In this document: one piece after another, positions 48,631 to 60,960 of the stretch | Layout: each line of letters begins with the position of its first letter | Numbering within the stretch: the stretch's first letter is position 1 | From: Octopus sinensis | Taxonomy: Eukaryota | Length of the DNA: 64,000 nucleotides | Direction: 5' to 3' | NCBI RefSeq assembly: GCF_006345805.1 | Contig: NC_043020.1 | Coordinates: 30,070,001-30,134,000 of the forward strand | The notes under the pieces: generated by a model | Told to the model about the DNA's origin: nothing | The model's input: the letters and a program-made list of their open reading frames with translations, nothing else | Database searches by the model: none | Position numbers and translations under genes: made by a program

Positions 48631-48783
48631 GAATTAGTGGTTTAGTGGTTAAGGTGTTGCACTCACGATGGTTAAGATCGTGGTTTCGATTCCCGGACCG
48701 GTGTTGCAAAACCAGGTGGCTACTCCAAGGGGGGTAAATGGTATTTTTCAAAAAATTGTCTGGATTTGTTTTATTCTTGTCTG

Positions 48784-48833
<50 letters not shown>

Positions 48834-49056
48834 TGTGTGCGTGTGTATCTGAAAGAAGTGTCAATGGAAAAGAGAAGAAAAGAAAGAAGAAAAAATGTGT
48901 TTACATCTTTGCAGCTGGTCAGTTCTTTCAATAGAAAGTGATTCTTGTCCTTTAAAAATGGTAAGATCAGGCGGCTACTCCAAGTCTTGTTTTTCAAAAA
49001 TAATTTGTCTCGTTTTTCAAAAAAAAATTGTCTAGGTTTCTTTTTATCATTGTCTG

Positions 49057-49140
<84 letters not shown>

Positions 49141-50439
49141 TGTGTGTGTGTGTGTGTGTGTGCTAAAAAGAATCAGGAATTCTCTCACATCATTTTGTCT
49201 GCCAGAGTTAAATATATTTGGCGTTTCGATTACTCGGCAACAAACGACGTTCCAGGAAATGTGGGATTTTGGTAAAAACCTTAATAAGTTCTCATGAAAT
49301 GGAACCTTATTAAGTTTCATGTTTTAATTTGCACATCGGTAAACGAAAGCTTGATATTTGTGATAGCCACGTAATACCAATCCCTGTTTCACATAATAAA
49401 GAACTACATTTAGAAATACTGGCAAATACAAGTTAGAATCATCTTATGTTTAAACTTTCAGATTCCTTTCCGCTGTGACAAGGATAGTTAAGACATTTCT
49501 ATTGTTGAACAAAATTTGATTCGAAAACTTTGGCCATTTTTGTTAGTTTTACATTTTTTCATGATAGTCTACTGAATTCATAAAACCATGTACAGGGTCT
49601 CTTCTTCCACCCTTATGTCGAAAATAGACAAAAGTAAGTCGTTAGAAGGAGCATTACAGGTACCTTAACAGCCTGGGCACTATTTCCATCTCCTGGACCG
49701 AAGCTAGGTACAAAATTTACCAAATATTTAATCTCGGGTACAATGGACGTTGTTTTGTAAAATGGAAAATAGGCGCTCAGTCACTGATATTTTTTTTTCT
49801 CGCTTCGTAACATTTTCCCTCTTCTCTTTTCTCAATCAGATATTTTCTTCTTTCTACTGTTTTAATTCCATAACGTTCAGTGTCTAAAATGAAAATCTAT
49901 GATAACTTTTCTAGGCAATATTAACGACAGACCTAATATAACGTGTTCTCAATGAAACCAAAAGCAATCAAAACTTGTTTTAACAAAATATAATGAACGC
50001 TAGCCTAATACCAGACGATCGTAAATTCTATGAGAAATATTTTATGAGGTGACAGTGTTGTACCAGAACTTTATGACACAGTCATATATTTGTTTATACT
50101 ACAACAGACAGTATCGGCATGTGACAAGAATATATTATTATAATTTGATTTGGGGCTCTGATCTTTGGTTCAGTTTCGACAAATGAACGTTGTGAGTTCA
50201 TTTGTCTTTTATTACGTGAGATATTTCATTAGTTACAATATGCATAATCGTGTTATACATTCATTAATTTCACATTTCAGTAAAGGCGTCATTATGAATG
50301 TGTGAAAATTACATGGAGGCAGGTACGTGTGGTTAAGAAGGTCGTTTTCTAACCATGCGGTTTCGTGTTCAATCCTTCTACGTGGAACGTCGGGCAAACG
50401 TCTTCTGGCAAAGCATTGTAAGTGAACTTGGTGGACTTA

Positions 50440-51300
50440 GGTGTCATAATGGAGGCAGTTGAATGCAGATCAGTGATCAGGTCGTACACCAAATAAGAAT
50501 TTCGATAAAATGAAAGAAGTTTATGGTGACAATGCACAGCCATACGACGTAGTCAAGCTCGGGCATCGCCAGTTCGAATGTGGTCGGATTTCGGTAGAAA
50601 CTGTTTCTATTGCTAGAAGCTGCTCCTACTCCGCCATTGATGACAACGCCATCCATAAAGTAGAAACCGCCATTTTGGAGGATCGCCGCATAACTATTCG
50701 GGAACAAGCCCCAAAAAGTGATGGTAAGTGTAGGGTCCGTGGAAAAAATCATCCACGCCCTCTAGCACATGTAGAAGTTGTCTACACGATGGATTCCTCG
50801 GATACTCACACCTTTTCAGAAGCAGGAACAAATCCATTGCTCCCAGGCTCTTTTGGCAATGTGCCAAGAATACGAAGAGAACATTTCCGGCAGACTTATC
50901 ACACGGGATGAAACATGGGTCCAACACTATGATCCTGAGACTAAAGTCCAGTCGAAGCAATGGTGGCATGCTGACCAAAGGAGTCCGCCTCCTCCAAGAC
51001 AATGCCCCAGTTCACAATGCGCATGTTTCCCACATGAAAGCACACTCCTGCAGCTATGAAATCCTTCCTCATCCCCCCCTTACTCTCCCGACCTAGCTCC
51101 ATCTGACTTCCAACTCTTTCCAACCATAAAGTCTTGTTTGAAGGGGAAGCACTTTTCGGATGATGATGATGATGATGATGAACTTATTTCCGAGGTAAAG
51201 TCTTGGCGCCAGACGCAACCAACCGATTTCTGCATAAAGCGATGGGAGAATTGTATCACTCTTGGTGGTGGCTATGTAGAGAAGGACTAATAATTATGTC
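50440..51300 (+). pseudogene. Mariner (DD34D-type) transposase, frameshifted and internally deleted
   Basis: EDRRITIRE, STRWIPRILT (like WVPREL), LITRDETW..YDPETK.QSKQW, LLQDNAPVH, LPHPP followed by SPDLAPSDF, LKGKHF. Confidence 0.92.
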
Positions 51301-51901
51301 AAGTTTCGTATATCCCAGATCTTGGGAAGTGGGTGTGGAGAAATATTCAATAGAATACCCCTCTTATATATATTAGAAGGTTTGGAGATGATGTACAGGT
51401 ATTATATATTATAAGAAATAAAATACTCAGAAATCTGGATGGTTTTATATTTACAGATTTTTATTAATATGTCATATGTTTTTATAAATCATGTATTAGC
51501 GCTTGCATCCACTCTAGTGGTTTCGTCAGATTGAATTTTTTCAGGATATTTGTTTCTTTTTATAGTATTATTGTGTAGGGATAGAGAGAGAGATATAGGA
51601 TAGTAAAAGTGGATGAGGAATAGGGAGAAATTGAAAGAGAGAGAGAGAGAGAGAGAGAGTGTGTGTGTGTGTGTGTGTATGTGCCTTTGTATCTGAAAGA
51701 AGTGTCAATGGAAAAGAGAAGGAAAAGAAGAAGAAAGAGAGAAAGAAGAAAAAATTGCGTTTACTTCTATATAGCTGGTTAGTTCTTTCAATAGAAAGTT
51801 ATTCTTGGCCTTTAGAAATGGCAAAACCAGGTGGCTACTCCAAGGAGGGGGGGTAAATGTTATTTTTCAAAAAATTATCTAGATTTCTCTTTATCATTGT
51901 C

Positions 51902-51940
<39 letters not shown>

Positions 51941-51964
51941 TGTTTTTGTGTATGTGTGTGTGTA

Positions 51965-52045
<81 letters not shown>

Positions 52046-52882
52046 ATGATTGGAGTGTCAATGGAGAAGAGAAGAAAAGAAAGAAGGAAGAGAGGAATCT
52101 CCTACAGAGGAAGCCTTTAGAGCCAGAAATGCGGCTGTGGGTGGGGGTCCGCTAGCGGATGACACTGTACATGCAGTGTTTTTACACCGTTTCCATAAGC
52201 GAGAATTTTTCTCTACGGTAACTGTGGCGAATTTGCCTTGGATTTTTTCAGTCTTTTAGTTAGTTAAAATATCTCAAACATATTTCAACTAATCTAAAAT
52301 TCACCTGTGTGTGCTTGTGTGCGCATCCGTGTGCAGGCATATACACAAATATATACAATTGCATGCATAGATGTATTAAGCGTACCAAATTGAGTAAAGA
52401 AGTGCTTAAGTCTATGCATACGAAGCTAAATCTGTGGCGATGAGAGATTATTTACAAACGAACAGGCATCTAATCAAAAATCGTAAGGACATCATCGTAA
52501 GGGCTGATATCTCTGTAACCCAATAGCCTCGGCTACAAATATATTCTATTCAGAGACACAGTGTCTACTCAAACTCTATTTTTTGTTATCTTTTCGAGAA
52601 GACATTCTGCTCCAATGGCTGAATATAAAATCTAATGATTTGACCTAATTTAATACAATTGCTGTTGTAGTTTATCCGACAACGTTGTCGTCTACCAAGC
52701 ATAAGGACTTTTAATGATGTTAATTAATAAAGATTATTTGATGATTATTAATGTTACGCAATTTCTGAAGATTTGTCAATGCAATCGGATTATAAGATTT
52801 TTATAAACATAATAACTAATAACTATTCCTTTTTTATGAATCGCATGTAAGATGATGTAACTAGATATATAAGCAAACTCTA

Positions 52883-52943
<61 letters not shown>

Positions 52944-52987
52944 CATATACATACAAACATATATATATATATATATATCATACATAC

Positions 52988-53057
<70 letters not shown>

Positions 53058-53070
53058 TATATATATATAT

Positions 53071-53112
<42 letters not shown>

Positions 53113-53439
53113 ATATATATATATTGTCACACATGAAATGTCGTATTGTAAGGTAATAATAAAATGTTTCAGAAGTGTTAGAGAACTTATTTATTTAATC
53201 AAAGTATGATCCATATGCCCAAGGTGCCACGCAGTGGGACTGAATCCGGAACCATGTGGTTGGGAAGTAAGCTTCTTACCACACTGCCAATCCTGTAAAT
53301 TTTAACAGTGGCTCTCTTTTAGTAAAAGTTACAGATGTCCTACTAATTAATAAGCAGCTTTGTTCCTTATTGTATGTAAATGTTTTGTCAAAGCCAAAAA
53401 TATTTAGTATCCATCTATCTATCTATCTATCTATCTATC

Positions 53440-53486
<47 letters not shown>

Positions 53487-53488
<2 letters not shown>

Positions 53489-53646
53489 CTTTTTTTTCCT
53501 TTTCTTTTTTTCTTTTTTCTTTCCCTTTTACGATCCCCTTTGGTCGAAAACCTACGCCACTTTTTTTTTCTCGCCCCCAAAAAGAAAAGCTCTACTTTGT
53601 AATCTGTCCCGTCTGTGTGCAGCCCTGTGTGGCTAATAAAGAAACA

Positions 53647-53647
<1 letters not shown>
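53487..53647 (+). mobile_element. 5'-truncated 3' end of the Tx1 family, inserted in (ATCT)n
   Basis: The last 36 nt are identical to 14895-14930, with 5 substitutions in the preceding 17 nt. (ATCT)n lies at 53412-53486 and 53648-53716. Confidence 0.92.
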
Positions 53648-53716
<69 letters not shown>

Positions 53717-54297
53717 ACTAACTAATATACACGTATCCTACCTAATTTCGAACTTGCAACCTACCTAACCCATCCTGCTTATCTACCAACTTGTCTACTC
53801 ATGTCTTATTTATATCTTTATTATCTTCCTCCACGAGCCTTTATGTGTCTTCGAAGTGTCCTCCCCCTACCATTTGTTGTTACTGCTGTTGTTGATGATG
53901 ATGTTGTTTAAGGAAATTCAAACCGTCCGACGATCAAAAGTGCACCCCCCGCCATAATCGTATCTTTCTATCCAAGCATATATAACTTAGGCTTCACTTA
54001 CTCGATGTGTATTTCCTGGCTTAAGACAGCAAAATGGAATTTGAAGGAGATTTCGCAATGGCTTCTCTTCCTGGTTGTCCTGCAGCGATAATTGTAACTT
54101 GAGAGCTGACAATTCTTTTATTCAATCCAATTCATCCTTCACACCCCTCGACAGCTGAATACGAAAAATAATGGACTCTTCTCTCCATCGCCATCGTCTC
54201 CAGTTCATGCAGCCTAAGTGAAGAATTTCTTGCTGAATGAACAGAACTGTTTTGTTTTATATATATAATCTCCCCACCTACTTCCATTCAGTATATA

Positions 54298-55984
54298 TCT
54301 ATATATATAAAACTCTAGTTGTGTGAGTGTCTGTCCCCTTCGATTTAGATTCCTAACTACTCCCACATTTTGCGGTGCAGTTTAACCAAATTCGGGTATC
54401 TTATAGTCGTGATTCATATCGAGCCCGTCTGACTATTAGCGCGCGTCAACGATGAGTCTACGATTTTAAAAATAATTTAACATCATTTTTTATTCCATTT
54501 TAATGCATAAAATGCATCGTGTGTCGATGGCGGCGGAGTTGGCGTCCATGGTCACACCTGCACCTGTTTGCTTCTCCCCCTTCCCTCCCTCGTGAAGCTG
54601 TGGGGAAGGGAGTGTAAAGAAATCAACGTCGTAATGCGTTGTGAAGGAAACCAGCGTTCTTTTAGAACAACGACTTCATGGCTTGAAGACACCAAAACAA
54701 AAATGGCTAAGAAAGCCGAATTTATAAGGGAAGTAACTCTCTAAAAATGCTTATATAGTTATTTCCCTTACAAACCGATAAACGCCGGGCGATACTGCTA
54801 GTATATATATATAAAACTGTATGTGAGTGTTCTGTCCCCTTCGATTTAGATTCCTAACTACTCCCACATTTTGCGGTGCAGTTTAACAAATTCGGGTATC
54901 TTATATTCGTGATTCATATCGAGCCCGTCTGGCTATTAGCGCGCGTCTACGATGAGTCTACGATTTTAAAAATAATTTAACATCATTTTTTTATTCCATT
55001 TTAATGCATAATTTTTCGTGTGACGATGGCGGCGGAGTTGGCGTCCATGGTCACACCTGCACCTGTTTGCTCTCCCCCTTCTTCCCACCTCGTGAAGCTG
55101 TGGGGAAGGGAGTGTAAGGAAATCAACGCCGTTAAAGCGTTGTCAAGGAGACCAGCGTTCTTTTAGAACAACGACTTCATGGCTTGAAGACACCAAAACA
55201 GAAATGGCTAAGAAAGCCCGAATTGGCATCTATAAGGGAAGTAACTCTCTAAAAATGCTTATATAGTTATTTCCCTACAAACCCGAGCAACGCCGGGCGA
55301 TACTGCTAGTAATATCTATATATAAAACTGTAGTTGTGTGAGTGTCTGTCCCCTTCGATTTAGATTCCTAACTACTCCCACCATTTTGCGGTGCAGTTTA
55401 ACCCAAACCGGGTATCTTATAGTCGTGATTCATATCGAGCCCGTCTGAGTATTAGCGCGCGTCTACGATGAGTCTACGATTTTAAAAATAATTTAACATC
55501 ATTTTTTATTCCATTTTAATGCATAATTTTTCGTGTGTCGATGGCGGCGGAGTTGGCGTCCATGGTCACACCTGCACCTGTTTGCTTCTCCCCTTCTTCC
55601 CTCCCTCGTGAAGCTGTGGGGAAGGGAGTGTAAGGAAATCAATGTCGTAATGCGTTGTGAAGGAGACCAGCGTTCTTTTAGAACAACGACTTCATGGCTT
55701 GAAGACACCAAAACAGAAATGGCTAAGAAAGCGTCTACGATGAGTCTACGATTTAAAAAAAAAATTACCATCATTTTTTCCATTTTAATGCATTTTTTCG
55801 CTATTATATAAGGGAAGTACTCTCTAAAAATGTCTACGATGAGTCAACGATTTAAAAAAAAAATTACCATCATTTTTTATTCCATTTTAATGCATTTTTT
55901 GCTATTTTTTTTGCTATAACTCTCTAAAAATGCTTATATAGTTATTTCCCTTACAAACCCGAGCAACGCCGGGCGATATGCTAG
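54298..55984 (+). mobile_element. Three head-to-tail non-autonomous Helitrons
   Basis: Units 54298-54801, 54802-55309 and 55315-55984 start TCTATATATATAAAAC (TC lost in unit 2) and end in CTAG. A CCCG-AGCAACGC-CGGG hairpin lies just before CTAG in units 2 and 3 and is degraded in unit 1. Unit 3 has internal duplications at 55732-55915. Confidence 0.9.
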
Positions 55985-56040
<56 letters not shown>

Positions 56041-56439
56041 AAATGGGACAAGAACGCAAAACATCCAGAAGACGATACAAAAAACATGGACGGGTCATTC
56101 GAAGCCTTTAATCTTCAGTCAAGAACCGGATCATCCTCGTAATTTCGGCTGATTAATCTTCAGATTTCTCCAATCTGGCCAGCCCCAAGGAAAAACTAAG
56201 TTAAGAGCATTAGATTCCTTGGGAAAAAGCTTCGAATGTATACGAAACAAGGACGGGAAAACGGACGATGTTACACGAATATAAACACAAAAATAATACA
56301 AAAAAAATAAATAAAAATAATAACAGGACATCACAACAACGTCTTTCGACTGGAGACGATTTGAATTCAGCTTGTCTCTCCACTCCTTTCTATTCAGTGT
56401 GTGTGTATATATTATATATAATATAATATTATATATATA

Positions 56440-56486
<47 letters not shown>

Positions 56487-56859
56487 TGAATGGAAGGGAG
56501 TGGATAGAGACTCGCTGATATGGGAAAAGAAAGGGTGGAGAAAAAAGGGAAGGAGAAAGAATAAGAGAAAAACAAATAAATAAATAAACCTAAAAGGTTT
56601 TCAGAAACAAAGAAAATCAAGAAAGGAGAGCAGGAGTGAGAGATTATTTACAAACGAACAGGCATCTAATCAAAAATCGTAAGGGCATCATCGTAAGGGT
56701 AACATCGTAAGGGTAACTGCGGTAACTGTGGCGAATTTGCCTTGGATCTTTTCAATCCTTTTGTTAGTTAAAATATCTCAAACATATTTTAACTGGAGCA
56801 ATGGCTTGAAAAATTTTTTCGTCGAATGAATTGAACCCAGTGCCTTTATGTTTTAAAGC

Positions 56860-57130
56860 CAGGTATTTATTCTATGTTTTGCCGAACTGCTAAGTTACGG
56901 GGACGTAAACAAACCAACACCGGTTCTCAAACGATGGTAGGGAACAAACAAACAAATACTCACACACACATGTATATATACAGGGCTGGCTTCTTTCAGC
57001 TTCAGTCTACCAAATCCAGCCACAAGGCTGAGGCTATAATAGGAGGTACCCAAGATGCTTTGCAGTGGGACTGAATCCGGAACGAAGTGTTTGGGAAGCA
57101 AACTTCTAACCACACAGCCACGTCTGCGTA
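56860..57130 (-). mobile_element. SINE-B immediately downstream of the U6 copy
   Basis: Minus-strand head CGCAGACGTGGCTGTGTGGTTAG..GGATTCAGTCCCACTGC; plus-strand TTTTGCCGAACTGCTAAGTTACGGGGACG. Confidence 0.88.
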
Positions 57131-57143
57131 AAAACCCCAGAAC

Positions 57144-57246
57144 AAACATGAAACGCTTCACGAATTTGCGTCATCCTTGTTCAGGGGCCAGGCTAATCTT
57201 GTCTGTAGCGCTCCAGTTTTAGTATTTGCACTGCTGAAACTAGTGC
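57144..57246 (-). pseudogene. U6: Full-length divergent U6 snRNA copy
   Basis: Minus strand GCACTAGTTTCAGCAGTGCAAATACTAAAACTGGAGCGCTACAGACAAGATTAGCCTGGCCCCTGAACAAGGATGACGCAAATTCGTGAAGCGTTTCATGTTT. Roughly 80% identical to the vertebrate U6 I recall, with ACAGAGA changed to ACAGACA. Confidence 0.93.
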
Positions 57247-57451
57247 AATATGAAAAAGGAAGTAGCTAAGATTTTGAGTAATTATTTCTTTAGCGCTTCC
57301 ATCTCCTTTGAGATTCGCCATGAATGATTTATTTACAGAGAATTCTCTAAGTTCGTTGTCTTTCTTTCTTTGTTTCTTTCTTTTTTCTTTTATCTTTCTA
57401 ACCAAGTCTCCAAAGATTCACCACACACACATACATGCACACGCATATACG

Positions 57452-57489
<38 letters not shown>

Positions 57490-57504
<15 letters not shown>

Positions 57505-58000
57505 ACCTATAAATTCACAATAGCAAAGAATATCCTCTTTCCAATTTAACTCCAGATTTTTTTTCAACTAACTCCCGCAGATATAAAAAAACATGAATTT
57601 TCTGTAAATAAATCATTCATCTTGAATCTCTCAAAAAGGATGAAAGCGCCAAATAAATAATCTAATTCCCTCTTTTTTCTTGATATATAAAACCTCTACA
57701 CTACTTCAAACAATCTATACACACACACACACCACACACACACACACACACATACACACCTATAAATTCACAATAGCAAAGAATATCCTCTTTCCAATTT
57801 AACTCCAGATTTTTTTTCAACTAACTCCCGCAGATATAAAAAAACATGAATTTTCTGTAAATAAATCATTCATCTTGAATCTCTCAAAAAGGATGAAAGC
57901 GCCAAATAAATAATCTAATTCCCTCTTTTTTCTTGATATATAAAACCTCTACACTACTTCAAACAATCTATACACACACACACAACCACACACACACACA
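57490..58000. repeat. 253-bp tandem duplication bounded by (CA)n
   Basis: CTATAAATTCACAATAGC at 57507 and 57760; the units look identical outside the CA runs. Confidence 0.93.
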
Positions 58001-58109
58001 CATATATCTATCTTCTGCTTGTTTCAGTCATTATACTGTGGTCATACAGGGGTACCGCCTTGAAGACTTTTTAGTCCATAGAAGCATAAAATCATACAGG
58101 AACAGATGA

Positions 58110-59700
58110 TTGAGTAAATGAGCCAATGAGTAAATGAACAGATTGTCAGTAAAACCGAATGGCTGTGCTAAAACCTTATACTCAGAGATTAGGTGGTCCA
58201 TTGTTTCAATCTCATCGTTGCAGTATCGGTACTTTGGGTCTACTCCAGTTTTCATCACATTGATTTGATAGTTCCGAGTTAGTAAGCTTTGATCTTGAGC
58301 AGCTAAGATGAAGCAAGCCTTCGTTCTCTGCCTTTAGCCCTGAGCTCCGAAGCCACTGATGGGTGTGCTTCTGGTCTACATCAGCTTCTTTGCTACGGGC
58401 CACGTATTTGCCATGCAGAGGTTTTGGTCCACACTTGTCAAACAATTGTTCAAAGGCATTTTCCCGTGCCATTGATTTCACCTTCTTCGCAACAACAGTT
58501 GCTGCACTTCCATCGTGCTGTTCAGCCTGGGTATTATGCATGAACTCAATAGCAAATTTTTGCTTTCCTTCGTGACAGAATCAATCTTTTTACGCCTCTC
58601 GTGATCTTCAACGATTTTAGCATCGAGTCGCTATAGATTTCAAGATATTTGGCCAGCCCACTTTTGGTAGGTTTTGTAAGAGATTTCAAATTGGATCAAG
58701 TCTCGACCTCTTTGGGCTCTGAGAAGGCAAAGGCGAAATGCATCTGCCTTTGGGTGGTTCATCTTGTTGCAAGTCAGCAGCTCACAGATTTTCCTGTCAA
58801 TCTTCCTTATTTCGCTGATATTCCAGTACAGCACATTGAAACTGTAAATAACAGCCGTAACTGCCAAGGAATTTATAGCTAACACCTTGTTACGTGCATT
58901 TAACTCTGATTTTAGGACTGCTCTAACTTTCCTGTAACATTTCTTCCTGATTTTCTCTTTCATGTTTGCATGCCGAATGCCAGAGCCTTCATTTATTCCG
59001 AGGTATTCGTAAGTTTGTTGCTGTTCAAGTTTTTTTTATAACTGTGTTACCATCTAACGTCACTAAATGTGAGGTCTTCAATTTCGCTTTCTGGAAAGTG
59101 GTCTTGGCACATTTATCAAAGCCAAACTCCATCTCGATGTCATCACTGAATGCTTTCACAGTAAATTAAAATCCTTCAAGCTCATTGTTGTCTTTGCCAA
59201 AGAGTTTTAAGTCATCCATATATAACAGATGGCTTATTTTCTTGTCGTCAATTTTATACCCGCACCCTGTTCTGTTAAGTTCACTTGTAAGGGGTATTAG
59301 GGCAACGCAAAAAATTAGAGGTGTAAATGAATCAGCTTAGAAAATGCCGCAGTTGATATTAATAGTGTTTGTGGTCAGCACTCCATTAGAGTGGCATAAT
59401 TGGAGATTCGTATTCCACGCTGACAGGTTGTGCTTCAGGAAGTTTGAAATCACAGGAGAAATTCTGAAAATGCCCAACGATTTCAACATCCAAGAATGCG
59501 GCACGATATCAAAGGCCATTTCATAATCAATCCACGTGGAACTGAGTTTTTTGCGTTTGTTATGACAGTTCTCAAGGATCATGCGATTGATTAAGAGTTG
59601 GTTTTCGCATCCGTATGAGCCTCGTGAACACCATTTTTATTCAGTGGGGAAAATACCGCTCTCTTCCATAAATTTGTATGTTTTCTCCGCGAGGATGGAA
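58110..59700 (-). pseudogene. R4/Dong-clade LINE, RT through C-terminal zinc finger, degraded
   Basis: RGSYGCENQL, WIDYEMAFDIVPHSW, ISHLLYMDDLKLF, YKYLG-like motif, KSELNARNK, HPKAD, KPLHGKY, WLRSSGLKAE, degraded CxxC..ET.DH. Confidence 0.9.
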
Positions 59701-59722
59701 ATTATTATTATTATTATTATTA

Positions 59723-59940
59723 AGATGGTGAACTGGCAAAATCATGTGCGCGCTGGACGAAATGTTTTGCGGTATTTCGCCCGTCGCTACATCCTGAGTT
59801 CAAATTCTACCAAGGCCGACTTTGCCTTTCATCCTTTCAGGGTCGATAAATTAACTACTAGTGAAACACTAGGGTCTATGTAATCCACTAATCTCTTCCC
59901 CAACAATTTCAGGCCTTGTGCCTTTAGTAGAAAGGTTTAT
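59723..59940 (+). mobile_element. SINE-A (tail type ii) flanked by (ATT)n
   Basis: Full head AAGATGGTGAACTGGCA.. through TTTCAGGCCTTGTGCCTTTAGTAGAAAGG. (ATT)n at 59701-59721 and (ATT)/(GTT)n at 59937-60186. Confidence 0.9.
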
Positions 59941-59946
59941 TATTGC

Positions 59947-59986
<40 letters not shown>

Positions 59987-60136
59987 GTTGTTGTTGTTGT
60001 TATTATTATTATTATTATTGTTTTGTTGTTGTTGTTGTTGTGTTATTATTATTATTATTATTATTGTTGTTGTGTTGTTGTTGTTGTTATTATTATTATT
60101 ATTATTATTATTGTTGTTGTTGTGTTGTTGTTATTA

Positions 60137-60186
<50 letters not shown>

Positions 60187-60329
60187 GAATAACCAGCGAG
60201 AAAAGAGGTGTTTTTGCAGCTTCTGGATTTAACGATTGTTTGAGATTTAAGTCGGTGGTGTTATGTCTGTTGTTACTTTTTGTTGTGAACCGTTTTAAGC
60301 GAGTGTTTATGTTTGATTTCATGTTTTCC

Positions 60330-60960
60330 GAGTAGCTCGGGGCGGAATAAATCATCGTTTTTGCTTCTGTTGACTTATTGAATTTTCTTGCTGGGATAAT
60401 CGTTTAAAAACAAAATCTGAACATGGCGTCTTTAGCAGTGGTAGTGAGAGGAGGCTCTCGCGATGGGGGTGGCAGCCTTTGCGTACAAAGAAGAGTGTAA
60501 ACAAAATATCCTTATCACCAGAGAGAATGGGAGAGAGGGAGACGGAGAGGGGAAGGAGAGAGGGGGAAAGGAGAGGGAGAGGGAGAGAGAGAGGTAGGTG
60601 AAAAATAGAGAGTGTTTGAGAAAGCGAATATTTCTTTCCTTTTTTTTTATTGAGAAACATCGAATGTGACAACAACACTGATTCTATGGTGGACAATAAC
60701 TTGAACATTTTCACTGCAAACATTATCAATAATATACACAACAGTCGTTGGACTGGCGGACATTGACGTCACAAACAGCAGCAGCAGCGGCGGCGACGGC
60801 ACAAATCTACGGAAAATAACACCCTTGGCCTTGCGTAGCTGTTGAGTGGGAGGAACTAGATATAACCAGAATTCTAAAGGGGAGGAACATTGGGAGAGGA
60901 GTATGAGACGTTCTGGCGCGGCTGTTTTGGCGCCCCTTATTTGTCGTCGGTGATTCGATG
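60330..60960. promoter_or_regulatory. Repeat-free, CpG-enriched patch with a GC box, a YY1-like motif and a perfect CRE
   Basis: GGGGCGG near 60339, AACATGGCG near 60420, TGACGTCA at 60764-60771. Motif matches only. Confidence 0.3.

Noticed and set aside
51490-51535. CTGACGA plus a CCACT/AGTGG stem on the minus strand
   Set aside because: No GAAA or stem III follows; at best a heavily decayed ribozyme.
54002-54079. 78-nt minus-strand segment with good acceptor and donor and two open frames
   Set aside because: It overlaps sequence that looks like a dispersed repeat, and no protein similarity was recognised. It needs RNA-seq before it can be called an exon.
54298-55984. CRISPR-like or prokaryotic repeat array
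   Set aside because: The units are about 500 bp with Helitron termini and no unique spacers, and the window is eukaryotic.
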